The notes under the pieces were generated by a model that was given only the letters and a program-made list of their open reading frames with translations, had not been told where the DNA came from and did no database searches. From Lingula anatina (taxonomy: Eukaryota; Animalia; Brachiopoda), in the NCBI GenBank assembly GCA_051362555.1, contig CM120649.1:12896001-12960000 (forward strand): DNA of 64,000 nucleotides. Direction: 5' to 3'. Positions 38,057-51,800 of the stretch are shown in pieces. The translations under genes were made by a program, and so were the position numbers. Every line of letters begins with the position of its first letter. Position 1 is the first letter of the stretch.

Positions 38057-39160
38057 CCACTCAGATTCCAGACAAACTAAGGGCCGTGTAAAAAAAAGTG
38101 ATGAGCTTATCTGTATGTTTGAAGTGGCATTATCTTAAGCCTGGGAAATGGTATATATATCCATAATACATTCCAATACACTCACACAACACTGAACCCT
38201 GCGGTTAGAGAAGATGGAGGAATTTGCTAATTGAGCTATAATTTTATGATCAATCAATATCAATGATGCCAGGTTCCATTAGATAATTTAATTCAGCAAG
38301 ATGGAGTGACTTTAAGTCATGTATTTATAGGATTTGTTTGACGTCTACTTCACTGCAAAAAAAAAAAAAAAAAAAAAAAAAAGCTGCCTTATTATCTTAT
38401 CATTTTATGCTTAATTAAAAGATATCAAAAGCAGTGTAACTCTAAACAGCATTGTCACGATTCTGTGGTTTAGAATATTTTTTCAGAATAAGAAAAAAAA
38501 AATGACTGATACGTCTTTTAATTAAATTCAAAATCAAGGCTTAATATTATACATTAAGTTATACGTGATCATTTATCTGTTGTTTAGTGTCATGTGCTCA
38601 GACAGTAAGGTAATTACCAATATATTTCAGACACCACAAATTCCAATAATTTCCATTTTTAAAAAGACTTCTCTCAGCTGCCCCGTAAAATGTCTTTTTG
38701 GAGAGGCAGTCAATTTTATTTATTTTAACTTTAATTTTCAAATCTTTGTTTTCAGATACAAATATATCTTCTTGGGAAAAATGATAAATTGATGTAGTTT
38801 GAATTTTGTGAATTATTACCATAAACTGATCAATGCATAAACCCTGTCAGTATAAGCCCCCCTTGGATTTGACACAGACAAATGGGTCCTGTTATTAGCT
38901 TATAATTCAATTTTTCATCATAATATTACAAGACAAGTTAATCTCAAAACTCAATTAATTACCTATATGGTGTATTATGATCTTAAGTTTTTCTTTTTTT
39001 ATAAGCCCATTGACTTATGCATCAATGCCAAGGTATCTGGAACTTGTTGTCCCTACTGCAAAAGATGTATATCCATTTCTTTTTGTTTGTATAAAGCTCA
39101 GAAGCTGGTCCTTTTTAAATTTCTTTTTCCAAACCCATTGATTCTGATATGCACTTAGTC

Positions 39161-39799
39161 TTAAAGTCATAATAACTCTTCATTTTGGCCAAAAATTGGA
39201 TTTTCCTGGAGTAAACGGCAATTTTCCCGTACTTACCAATGGTCAGCGACCCCATTCCTGCATTCAAAGTTAATCCAGGATTTTTTTCCTAAACGTACGG
39301 TTTTTTGTTAAAATCTCTTAAGAGATTTTAACTGACGGAGCTCTCTCTGACATCGCATAGTCACTGTTGACCTACTTAAAACTGCAGGAAAAGCAGATAA
39401 CAACAACACTATATAAGATACATGAGATATATTCGTCTTTTTGTTAAAAATACATTAATATCCACAATGTGTGTCATTCTGGGCTTTTCGTTATCCGACG
39501 CACTGTACAAAAACTCGCAACTTACGTCTGCGTCTGCATTAATGCGTTTGGCGCCATATGTTATTTTGGTCTCGAATGAACGCGAGAATCCGCGTGACAC
39601 CATTACGTCATTAGCAACGAATGCCTTGATGACCGGGAAGAAAAGCATCGAAAGCCCTATTGACAAGCACAGATTTTAGTTTTACTACAATAACGGCCGT
39701 TTTAGTGGTAAAATACAATAGAATATATTTCCATGCGTTGTTTACAATGTATTTCATGCGGAATTTTGAATCTCAAAGGAAGAGTTATTATTGCTTTAA
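39161..39799 (+). mobile_element. Kolobok-like non-autonomous element, copy B (longest, CpG-rich core)
   Basis: TTAA-AGTCATAATAACTCT ... AGAGTTATTATTGCT-TTAA; both arms align with copies A and C. Confidence 0.8.
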
Positions 39800-41215
39800 G
39801 CTTGTTCATATAGCAGTTGCAAATTTAAACCGTATTTATCTATTATTTTGTGCATTTTTTAATCAAGATCTAAATTTTGTCCTTTTTTTTTCTTTTAAAG
39901 GGAAGTGTTTACAATGAGTCTACCCAGACGGCTTAAAAGATGTCTGGGCCAGTAGATTAGCTCTTGTTCTTACATTTAATCAATACAAGAGGCAGCGGGT
40001 TGCGTCAGATGGTTCAATTTCTTGTCATGTAATAAGTTCTGGGGTTTATTCCAGTCTCAAGATAAATCCATTGATTGATTTTATAATGCACAGAGTCTAA
40101 CACTTGCTGTATATTTTGTTGAAGGTGCATAATATAAAAATTATTTAAAATGAAAGAGAGAGAGAGAGAAAGAGAGAGGAAAGAGGAAGAGAGGAAGGAA
40201 GGGAAAAGGAATGAGAGAAACATGCGTGCACAAACACAAGAAACATGCATGTACGCCAAAAAAAATGGACTTCTTGCCTCATTAAACATCCCACAGTACA
40301 TGACAACTAAACCCCTTCCATGTTCACATGAAAATGAAGAATTGTTTTCCCCCTATGGGCCTGCAGTATCTGGTAGTACTCAATAAAACAGGTTCTTTAG
40401 TCAATATCTTAATGGGGCATATCTTTTTTTTTTCCATCATCACCAGGGCCCCTTTGGTTATTTCTGCCAAAATATAGGTATAAAGGCAGAAAACATTTTC
40501 CAAATAGTCACTAAAACTATCACGTGTGTGTGTGTGTGCATGCGTGCATGTCTACATGTGTTTCCATGCACTACCTGGTTGTAAAACCATAAAATAATAT
40601 AAATAAATTGTTCTATTGAAAAACACTGAATGTATGAATGCACATGAGCGGACACACACATACACACACACACACTTATTTTTCCAATTCTATCATTCTT
40701 TCAATGCAAAAGGTATTATAAGTTGTTATATCATTAACCAAGTTTAAAATCTAAATTGAAATGTGCATAAAATGACATAAACACAATCATACACAAAGTC
40801 AAGTCAAAACAGCTACAGTGTAAATGTGCCTTGAGACTCTCTCTCTGTCAGCAGGATCAAGTTCAGAAACCTCTGTGGGCGGTAATTAGTGCAAGCAGAC
40901 ATGCAAAACGATCATAGCAGGGCAAAAATACCCTGGTTTGCAGACACGCTGGCAATGCCACCATGTGAAAGGTTCCGTGTACACATATATATGCCATGTG
41001 TCTCCACAGGTTAAGCAGTTCAATCATATTAATGCATCATCATTTGCACCACCACTTTCAGGATCTTTATCCTCCCTCCCCCCTCACATACACACACAAG
41101 GACACATGCATTCACGCAAACATTATTTCTCTCTCTCCACCATATGCCATTCTTCACCATACACCATTCTTTGCTCCTTCACCCCCCTCCCCCCCCTCTC
41201 TCTCTCATATGCACA

Positions 41216-41291
<76 letters not shown>

Positions 41292-41301
41292 CACACACAC
41301 A
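41216..41301 (+). repeat. (CT)n(CA)n microsatellite
   Basis: Directly visible. Confidence 0.95.
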
Positions 41302-41752
41302 ATCATATTTCTGGTAACACACATGAGCATAAATGATTTTAAATCCATTTTTGTATCAAATGCCTTGTCTGAGATAACTGAAAATGTGTAACAACGCAAA
41401 AACATCATCTCATGATTATTTGCAAAAGCACTGTATTGTTTTTCACAGTACTTAGCAGCATGTTCTAACCTGTGTTCTAAATTCTATTTTGGCAAAACTC
41501 TTGTGAGAAAGTCTGTTGTAATTAGTCAGCGCTTTCTTTAGGGGTAAGTCTGAAAGTCAGGTGTTATTATTTTCTCTATTAAATATAATGACTTAATCTG
41601 TGTTTGACTCAAGGTTAGTAGCTTGTACTATTAATATATGACTTAATTGATGTTTGGCTGGGAAAACTACCATGGTTTTTCTGACCTCTGCTCTTTAAAT
41701 GGTTGTATTGTGAATAAAAACACTAGCTGTTTTCTTTTTTTAAGCTGAGCTG

Positions 41753-41754
<2 letters not shown>

Positions 41755-41822
<68 letters not shown>
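41755..41822 (+). repeat. (AG)n microsatellite, about 34 units
   Basis: Directly visible. Confidence 0.95.
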
Positions 41823-41824
<2 letters not shown>

Positions 41825-42914
41825 ATGAAAACCTGGACAAGTGATCAAAAACTATTATGATGGGCAGAAAACACAAAGAATACATATCTAAGAAACCTGG
41901 GATCACTTTTTAAAGAACAAGGAAACAAAAACCTAGCAAAATCAGTTTTCTCAGAACAAAGGAAAAAATAACCACCAAAATAACATGCTTATGATATTAG
42001 CAACACAGGTGAGTTATTTCCCACCTGACAGCTAGGAATCCTGCTGGGTGAGACAGCTAGAACATGTGCTGGTTCCATCATTATCTCCTGGCAGCCCAAA
42101 GTATCAGGAGCAACCTGAAGGCTTCAGGAATCTACCAGGCTGTTACCAACACAGAGGGGAAAATAAACTGGGTTTAGACAAAATAAGTTTTTTGTCAAAT
42201 GCTTATGTTATACATGGTCTAATTTGGAAAAGAAAATCATCCAGCTATTTGCAATTGACTAAAAGAAATTATATCCTATGGCACAATGAGCCTAGAGGGT
42301 TTAAAGTGATCTTTTTTTTTTTTCAGTGTTAGCCAGGGAACCCAAAATGTTCACCTATAAATGTTTTCATCTCCTTTCCCTTAATCTGTAGGTGTATTCT
42401 TTTTCTCTTTTGTATTTAGTATTTTAATATCTGTTTGAACAATATGAGGAAGAAATAAATGCATCTGTAGCCATCTACCATTTTTAAACCTCTCCATTAT
42501 TCCACCAATTTTTTCCTCACATGTATCAGCGTTGGTTACTCACAAAACACACTTTTATCATAAGCCAATATCCAAATTTTAAAACACCAACTTATCCTGT
42601 TAGGCTTTACTAGCAAACCACCCAGATTTGTAAGTCATCCTTAGTCAACTTTGTTCTAAAATAATGAGCAAATACTGAGAACATGCTCTTTGTCAGCAGA
42701 CTAATCTCTGGAACATTTATCTTCAGATCTCTGAGCAAAATGTGCAGATGAACTATCACTTTATGAAGAGAATGTGCCATAGATCTTCATTGTTATCCAA
42801 CCTATAGGATGGAAAATGGGGGAAGACAAGGGGGAGGGAGATGATTCCCTGGCCTCGTGCCATGGTAAACATGTTTTATTTTGCAATAAAGATACAATAA
42901 GACATGCAAAATTG

Positions 42915-42951
<37 letters not shown>

Positions 42952-43273
42952 TGGATGAGCAACAAATCACACCAACCTTACATGCACTTGTGCATTCTTA
43001 TACAAATACTTATGCCCGCTCAAGAAAGCAACCATCCACGCTATTCTTGAAGCATGATTTTTCACTGAATCATAACATAATACACTGTTTCACAACCTTC
43101 AAGTTCTGTAATCCTACACACACATCATTAACTTGCCATTACCCTTCAGTGTAGTATCACATGTGCTCAGCAGAGAAATTTGCCATTATCTTAACTGTTA
43201 AAGTTGGGGTAGAACTTTCTGTGTTACATACCAGAGAATGACAAACCTTTGAGGCACTGCAAGAAAACTGTTA

Positions 43274-43305
<32 letters not shown>

Positions 43306-44618
43306 TCTGACATTTATTTACTGCTACCAGGTTAAACCACCTATATAGTAATCCTTGACTCAATTCATACAGTGATTAACAATTGTTTCCTTAATTTGGA
43401 AAAATAATTAGGCCCGCACACATTTTTTTTCATTTTTTCAATGAAATATGAATTGATCCTTTTTAGTGGCATTCACAACACATTTTGGGGGAAATATTCT
43501 TCAGATTATTTTTTTTTCCAAAAAGCCAATTTATGGGTGTCAGATGGGACACAAAAGTTAAGAATAGGAAGTTGAGATCATATCTGAATAAATCTTAAAA
43601 TTGTGAGTAACTTAAACAATTATCCAGCTAAGAATTTCATCTGCAGTGCTATTCACTCAAAATTACAAAAATACATTCTTCAAATGGAAAGGTAGACCAC
43701 AATAACCAATGTAGACTTCATCTACGATGCAGAAGTCTTGTCCGACACTAGCCTATTGGAGTTGGAAACAACATTTGAAGCATCTATCACTATCCGAAAA
43801 AAATAAAAAAAAAAAAAAAGCGGTGTTTAAAATTAGGGAGTAGTTATCGTAAAAACCACATTAATTAAGCTTGGGACAGCAGCTGGCTGTGATGGGCTAC
43901 CTGTCTTGGTTAGATACACAAAGCACATGGAAGCACATGTGCTCTTGTTTAGATATTTTATCAAGAATATTTTTGTGAACAGGGAATGATTATACAAAAT
44001 GAGCACAAGAGACAGAAAAAATGCTTATCGGGAAAAAATTCATATTCTACATTCAAGACATTACTGCTTTTGAGGGATGTACCAAAAGTAAATTTCATAA
44101 TCTACCTCCATTATCATTTTAGTTTCTTTTTCTTTCATTTTTTTTTCCTGTCTCAGTAATGTAAAAATACTTTTTTCTATCCAGACAGCTCTATTTATCA
44201 TCAGCCCATACCAACAAATAGTTTGGACAACAAGTAAAAGGTCAAGACTAGTTCTGGAAAACAAGGGTCTGGCCAGAATATACAAGATACACACAGCTGG
44301 GTTCACCTGGGCAAACATTTTGTTTTAGTTGATAGTCACAGAAATGATTGAATTTTTTTTTTTTAATCAAGAACAAATTTGAAGAAAAGAATATTAAACG
44401 AGAGATTTGTAAAGAATTATTATCATTGAAAAACTAGCCAAGCTTAGAAAACATGAAATGAATATTTTGAGAGATATCAGATAAATCAAACTTTTATGAA
44501 AAACACATTTTCTGTGGGCAAATCACTTCCAAACATTTTTCAGCTCTTTAAAAAGTTCAGCTTTCTAAAAGAGCATGATCACTTTTATTTGGAATGACCT
44601 ACTTTTAACCTACAGTAC

Positions 44619-44963
44619 TTAAAGGGATAATAACTCTCTGTTTTGGCCAAAAATGAATTTTCCTGGAGTAAGCAACAATTTTCCCATACTAACCAATGGT
44701 TAATGAATCCATTTTTACATTCAAAGTTAGTCTCTGTTTTTTTCTAAAAGGTTTGGTTTTTTGTTAAAATCTCTTAAAAGAGAATATAACAGAGTATAGC
44801 CATCAATGGAGGACAGGTGGTCTGAAGACAAGCTCAGATATCAGAATAATAGCTATAACTGCCGTTTTTGTGGTAAAACAGAATATATTATATTTCTGTG
44901 AGTTATTCACAATGTTTTTATTGTGAAATATAGATCTCATACGAAGAGTTATTATCCCTTTAA
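44619..44963 (+). mobile_element. Kolobok-like non-autonomous element, copy C (internally deleted)
   Basis: TTAA-AGGGATAATAACTCT ... AGAGTTATTATCCCT-TTAA: perfect 15-bp TIR with TTAA TSD and AG...CT termini. Confidence 0.85.
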
Positions 44964-45157
44964 TCAATCCTTTTAGCCAAATACAACTATTTTTTTCATC
45001 AAATTTATCCAACCATATTTTCTTCATTTAATAATCATCCATCATCCAATACAGTCTTATTTCTGTCTCTCTCATCAATCATTCACATATATCTATCCAC
45101 TTTTTTTCCAGCACAAAATTTAATCACTTGATTGAAAAAGTGACTTTCTTCACTCAC

Positions 45158-45330
45158 CCTGTGGCGCCCCATCCTTGCCCCTTCTAGTACCTCCAGACCC
45201 CAAACTGGGCGTGGCTGCCGCACTCCCCCTGGTGGTTTCCCTCATAGACTGGCACCTTCTCCCCCTGGGGACACTAGGTCTAGTGACGGGTGTGGCACCT
45301 GTGGCCCTGGGGTGTGGACTGACCAGTTTC
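45158..45330 (-). CDS. Large minus-strand gene, coding exon 3 (173 nt, phase 2 in, phase 1 out; Arg/Gly/Pro-rich)
   Basis: Acceptor cctttatcaaatcag|G, donor AGG|GTGAGT; frame RKLVSPHPRAT...KDGAPQ; GC-rich island; phases fit both neighbours. Confidence 0.85.
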
Positions 45331-46447
45331 CTGATTTGATAAAGGTGTAAAAGTCGGTGGCAACACATCAGACAGAAATGGAGAAATAGTCGAAGACATG
45401 CAAATTGGGTTTTTTAATAATTTTTCTGTTAAATTGAATTTTTGAACCAAATATAATAACAATAATAATTATATTAATTATAACAAATAAATAAATTTAT
45501 AAAAAATATAAAAACAACTAAGCCATATTAGAATATGTTTTAACTGGCTAAAACTTACTTTGGTGAGCCACAGTCCATTAAAAAGGAATTTAAGTTAATT
45601 TAGGATGTATATTTTATTACTTAAAAGGCACAGATGGGTTGACACATTTTTAGAAAACAGCTCTTTGATAAACACTTCCTTTTCGTGTTCTCACATTTTT
45701 TTTACTCCTGAATATTGTATTCACAGACAATTCAAGTCTCTCAGCATGTAGACTTTTCTAATAATACCAATGTGATTGTGAAAAAAAAAAAACAGTCCAA
45801 AAAAGATTTATTTCCAGCCATGCAAAATTAGGTGCAGCCCAAATATAATCAATAGAAATTCTTTTCTCCATTTTGTCTGCTGGGAATCAGATCCATAGAC
45901 GGCTGCTATAATCAAGTGTGGAAAACGAATTCCAATGCCATTCAAAAGTGATAAGCCTACATAAGCATTATTCAACATGCTCTTGAATCATACTTTGTAA
46001 AAGTTCAGAAATAGGTTGTTAGAAGTCATTTTAGACAGCATGCTCTTTTTTGGGCTAAACTTTTTCTTTGACAAAATCGATGATAAATCGGTGAAATCTA
46101 TTTCAAAGTGGTTAGAATACCTATTAAACAAAGTGAAGTATGTAACATTTGACAAATATGCTGTTTGTATAGGATTTTTTTTTCTGCTGAAGTAGGTAAA
46201 AAATTAGACTAAAAGCACTTGAAAAGCAATGCATCATGTCACTTTCGAAGAAAAATAAGAATTCAAATAATGATATCCTTAAAAAAGGACTTAAGAAAAT
46301 CTTTGTGAGGATAAAGCCATTAATCATGATACTAAGGAAAAAATACTTTCAAAACAGCAACCAAATATAATTTTTCATATAATCTTAAATAAGATCATCC
46401 TATTTTCCGATCAAAAAAGAAATAAAGAAATAAAAAGGATATCTAAC

Positions 46448-48407
46448 CTGGAACTGCAATGAGTCTTGGGTTTGCTAGATGTTGGTTTCTGGGGCGGTGG
46501 CGCAAACGTCAGCGGCGTTCTGGGGACACCACTTGCTCCGGCCTGTTTTGTCCTCTGTGTGGGAGTCATGCCTCCTACACCCCTGCCACCAGATGGCGTT
46601 ACAGCCATTCGTCTGCTATCACTAGCCTTTGGTGATGTATTTTTTGTTTCCTGTCTGGTAGCAAGTGATTTATCTGGGCCACTGCTCCTCACTTTTTCGA
46701 TATTCCCTTTGCTGAGAGAACTACTCATACTGCCACGCCTATCTGAACCTGTAGAATCATTCCGTTTTCGAGTTGGTGACATTTTCGATCCAGTAGTCTT
46801 TGGTGACAAACTTCTCCTTGGTATACTGGAGGTTGATGGTGACTGAGGAGACATGCTCCTTCTGGAATTTGACGTAGCGACGATGTTGTTGCTTCTCTGT
46901 CCAGAAACGGCTGTTGTTTTAAAAACTTTACTAGAACTGTCAGAAGACACTGATCCCTGACTACCAAACCTATCTTTTGTCTTGTCTTGAATTCCACTTC
47001 CCCTACTGTCTTGTCTCAAAGGTGAGCGTCTGATTGGCTGTTTGTCAGTCACATGACTGACCTTAGAAGACGGTGATTTCACAGGTAGATGAGATGATTT
47101 CTCCTCAGAAGTTTTCGTCTTCTGTACACTGCCTCCGGGCTGGAGCTTAGATTTTGATAATTTACTGGCATCTAAAACTGGAACTGTATGGCCATATGTG
47201 TTTTGAACTTGCCCTTCAGATTCACCTACATCACCTTTTTCATGTCCCTCACTTGTATTTTCCATTTTCAACTTATTACTGGCAATTTTTGCCGCACTTT
47301 TCATCATGCTGGCCCTGCTCAAAGTCTTTCGCAATTTGCTTTGACTCTGCGTCTTCTCCAAATGTGTTGGCAGAATGGATTTCTGGTCTTTCAAATTGCT
47401 GCGCATGCTAGAGGTTCGGAATGATTTCTCCAAGTGCATTGGCAATTGTGATGCTGACCTAGTTTTTGGGTTTCTGACAACAGATGGCACCTGTGTCACT
47501 GTTGGCTCTTCTCTCTGTCTTCTGGATGGAGATGGCGAATCTCGTACTTTCGAAGGAAAAATTGTCTCAATTATTATTTCCTTGGTCTCTTCCTGAGAAA
47601 TAGCGCCATCTACCACACTGTCATTTTGTTGATTTATGTTCACTTCACTGTCATGAGTATGCTCTACATCATGAACATTTTTGTCATGGATGGAGCGTGT
47701 CATGGTTGAATGAGCTTCAATATGATTGGATGATTCTGTTACCATTGCACTATGCTCCATAAGATCACTTGATACTTTTTCATTTGCTTTTGCACCATTT
47801 GACACAAAATTTGTCTTGACAAATTTGAGCATGTTTTGCTCAACGGGACTTTGAAGTACCCGTTTGTTCCCTACATTCAGATCTGTTTTGGAATCTCCAC
47901 TCACTAAAGATATTTTAGAATTGTTTTTTATGTAAGATCCACTGTAATCTGTCCGAAGGTTTTCACTTTTCTCTGATTTATCCTTCACAGAAATACGCTT
48001 TGAATTCAGGGTACTAACTCCATGTGAAACAGTCTTACCAGACTGGTTGAATCTCGGGGTGCTTTCAGTAGGCAAACAAGATCCATTCAGCCGAGGAATT
48101 GAACTTGAATTCCACGCTGTTCCTGTCACTGTAACATTACAATTACCATCCACATCTGCTATAAGATCATCATCAAAATCATCAGGAATCAGTCTTGAAT
48201 GCTCCGTATCACCAATATGCTTGGCGCACTTAGTCTCACCTGCATGTGGAACTTTTCTCTTATCAGCTGTCTCGAACAAGCCCATGATTTTTCTGCGACC
48301 TCCTTTGGTTTCCATGTCCTTACCAGTTGATAGAACACCCAGAACAGGTGTACGCGAGCCTCTCTCCTCCTGTGAGCCCTCCTTACTGCTATTATCCACT
48401 ATCTGGC
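46448..48407 (-). CDS. Large minus-strand gene, coding exon 2 (1960 nt; Ser/Lys/Arg/Pro-rich, multiple SxIP/SxLP)
   Basis: 673-aa ORF; acceptor atattacag|GC, donor CAG|GTTAGA; phase 1 in, phase 2 out. Confidence 0.9.
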
Positions 48408-48836
48408 CTGTAATATATATATTTATATACATAATGTATAAATATACGTCAGGTATTTCTTTTTAATTACAGAGAGAATTTTAAGATCCTCCCACCCACC
48501 TTTAGAAAAACAATTGTCTACCCACGTGAAAGCAAAGAGAAAACATGCTAATGAAGGTCTCTTTTATGGTGATCATACACTTTATAGAGCATGCTTCACA
48601 ACTGAGTCTAAAACAGTATAAACTTGCATTGGATTTTTTCCAAAAGCAATAATAATAGTTATTGAGCCCATGTGCCAATATGAAATAAGATTACATACAT
48701 ATTCAAATGAAAAAGTTTCTTTCACCAAGTTCCTATAGGAAAAAAAAAACACTAAAAATAGAAAATAGCATACTGGATCAGAAAACTGCACATAACAGAG
48801 CGAAAAAAAAGTAGACAAATATCAGTTTTCCTGTAC

Positions 48837-51800
48837 CTTTTTCCAATGGAGACGCAGCGTTTAAACCCTCCTGCTGTTGCTTCTTCTGCTTCTTGGTTTT
48901 ATTGGAGCTGATCTTACTGGAGCTGGCCAGTTTCAGCGGCAGAGTCTGGCTGACCATGGGACTTCCCCCCTTGTTTCTACTGAGCTGACTACCACTGTTT
49001 CTGAGATGGGGATTTCCTCGGGCTCCCAGGGACCCTGGGGACGAGGAATTTGGGACCCTCAGCAGTGGATTCTGTCTCTCCATTTTAACCGTGTAGGTTT
49101 GTAAGATAACCTTTTCCTGCTCCACCAACACCTTTTTGTTTATATTCAGATTAGATAACAGCTGGTTTTTGACACCCAAGAAGGGGTTTTCATCTCCTAG
49201 AGGGGTTTCGAGTGCCTCCTGAGTGAGTTTCTCCTTCAGTTTGAGTTTGGGCGTCTGGTGGCTTTCCCCAGAGCGTAAATCCTCATTGCTAGGCAAATTT
49301 GTTCGATCTTTGATGATAAGATTTACTGATGGACTTTGCCTGGGTGGGTTTGATGGATGTTTATCTGAATATGAATCTTGTTTTTTTACGCCTGATTCTT
49401 TTGTTGTTATTGTTGTTTTCTTATGTTTTGTAACTTTCAGACGGTCTGGAAGCAAAGCTCTTGTCACTCTTCCTACTTTTTTCTGAATTTTCTGGTCACA
49501 ATTTTCTTTGCTTTTTTCTGCATTTATAATTACAGGTGCAATATTCTTATCAACTGTATCCCCTGCCTCTTCCACACAAGGCTTCACTTTCTTAGATCTC
49601 CTTTGAAAAAGATTGGATAGTCCTCTCCGGCTCAGTTTACGCTTGCGTTTTTGCGTGGAGCCCAAACTACTTTCGTTCACAGACAACTCAGCTGTAGTGT
49701 TCAAGGAATCATTTCTCCAATGATGGCTGGGGGTGCCTGTGAATTCTATATTCCTGTCTGACTTATCAACACTGTAGTGTACAGTTTCACTATTTACATT
49801 TGTATTAACATACAGTGAATTGTCATTCTGACTAATATTACATGATCCCACGCTTTTCCCTTCAATTTCTCCCGTTTCTCCTCCTATGTCATTATGCGAT
49901 GATTTTTCACCCCCTCCAAGCGGAATCTGACTAACAAATGGAGAATTTCTCAAATGGTTGGTCACATCCTTTAAATTACTAGGATGTCCAGCGTCACCTG
50001 TGGCTGTTAACTTAAAGGTAACATCTGTGTCATGGGTCGGCTTAACTGTAGCCTTAACTGGGTCACTGTCAGGCGAAATTAATGCCCCCCATTTATATGC
50101 ATGCCTGCGTATAACATCTATACCACTGTCATTTATATCGCTGTCACCACCACCGGAGTAATCGTCATTTAATGTGACAACTTCATTGACTGCAGTTCCG
50201 ATTGTGACACCTTTCAGATCTTCCCATTTGTCACATGTCTTGACCTCTGTCCCTGTGACGGATGTTTTGGTGTTGAGGACACTTGAGTTTCCCTCTAGGC
50301 CTGTGATTTGTCTGTGCTTAGACCTAGATGCCCCCTTTCCCTCTGGTAAAGCTGTATGAGAGATATCATCAACGGCATCAGTTGCTGTTACCTCACCAAG
50401 TGTAGCAGCATTCCTTTCACAGCTTTCAATGCCTAATGAAGGGCTATTTGGTAAATTGGTGTCCTTTCTGATTTTATCACCTCCACAGCCACTGTTGTGA
50501 CTGGCTTTAAATACAGTTGTGCTACTTTTCTTAAACACTTTAGTAATGTCTGACGTTTCACTACAACCTGATATATCAGCACTTTGTGTGGAATTCTTTT
50601 CCAAACTGCAGTTGACTTGTAATGAGGGGTTTAGCGTATCACCATCTGTTACAGGGAAAGTTTGTTTATTCTGGTCCCCCGCTTCACTTGTAACACCTCC
50701 CTTGAACTTTTTACTGGGGTTTAAATCACTCTGGCTTGCTTCAGAATCCCTCCCCTGTTTCTTTGAGGTTGGATTTGTCTTTGAAGTGTCACTTGACCTT
50801 TTCAGGGCCACCTCGTTAAAGGAATGTTTTCCTTTGAAAATGGGAATTGATTGCAGTTGTGTTAAAATTCTACTTCTTTCCCTAGATGTATTTTTCCTTG
50901 AATCAGTTTTCGCACTGACTGGACTGTAAACAGGTGTTAAAATCTTACTCCTTTGTCCACCTGTAATTTTCACCCTTTGAGGAGTGGGGTTTGTTAAAAT
51001 GCTCTTTCTCTCTCCAGTTTTGGTTTTAACACCACTTTCTTTAAAATATCCTGTTAAAATCCTGATCTCATTTCCTACATCAGTTTCCTCTTCTCTGGAG
51101 TTAAAATCCTGTTTCAAAATCTCACTCTCCTCTGTAAAAGACCGGCTAAAATTCTCTGCTAAAATCTGATTCTTTTTCTCCCTTTTAGTTTTCTTGCTAG
51201 CAGGGCTAAAATTCTGACTCAAAATCCTTTTCCCAGTAGAAGAAGTGACAATTCTCTGTCTCTGGGGGTTCTTTTTTCTCCCACTCTGATAACCCTGGGG
51301 CTCAGACACCTGACCTGAACTCAGTGCAGAAACATCACCCCGTGGCTCACACGACTGTGTTGAACTCAACACAGTAATAGGTACAGCTCCAACATCCTGT
51401 GGATCATGCACCTGAATTGAGCTCAATTCACCTGTATCTACAGCCTGATCAGCAATAGTATTAATACTATTACTTCTTCTCAAAGATGTAGCCTGGTAAT
51501 CAGCCTGATCTGAGTCAATATTTTGGTTAGTAACCCGGTCTACTTGGGAGTGCCCCCGAACAGGTGTTTTCAATGTGTCTGCGATGGGGGTGCTGCTATC
51601 TCTTAACTCGGTCAATGTCCCCTCAGTGTCCACTACACTGGGTAGCTGACTGTGATCCTTTTCACTTTTCTTCTCACAGATTGATGGGACACTTTGTCTC
51701 ACAAACCTTTTCTCTTCTCCCTTTTTATTTTCCTTTTTATCCTCATTCAATAAGTCTGCATTCTCTCTGTTCCCACTGGAAAAAACTTGGTCACTTTTAC

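Noticed and set aside
39409-39917. ORFs inside Kolobok-like copy B
   Set aside because: Short, with no transposase motifs; the element is non-autonomous.
40938-41391. His/Thr-repeat ORFs
   Set aside because: Translations of the (CA)n microsatellite.
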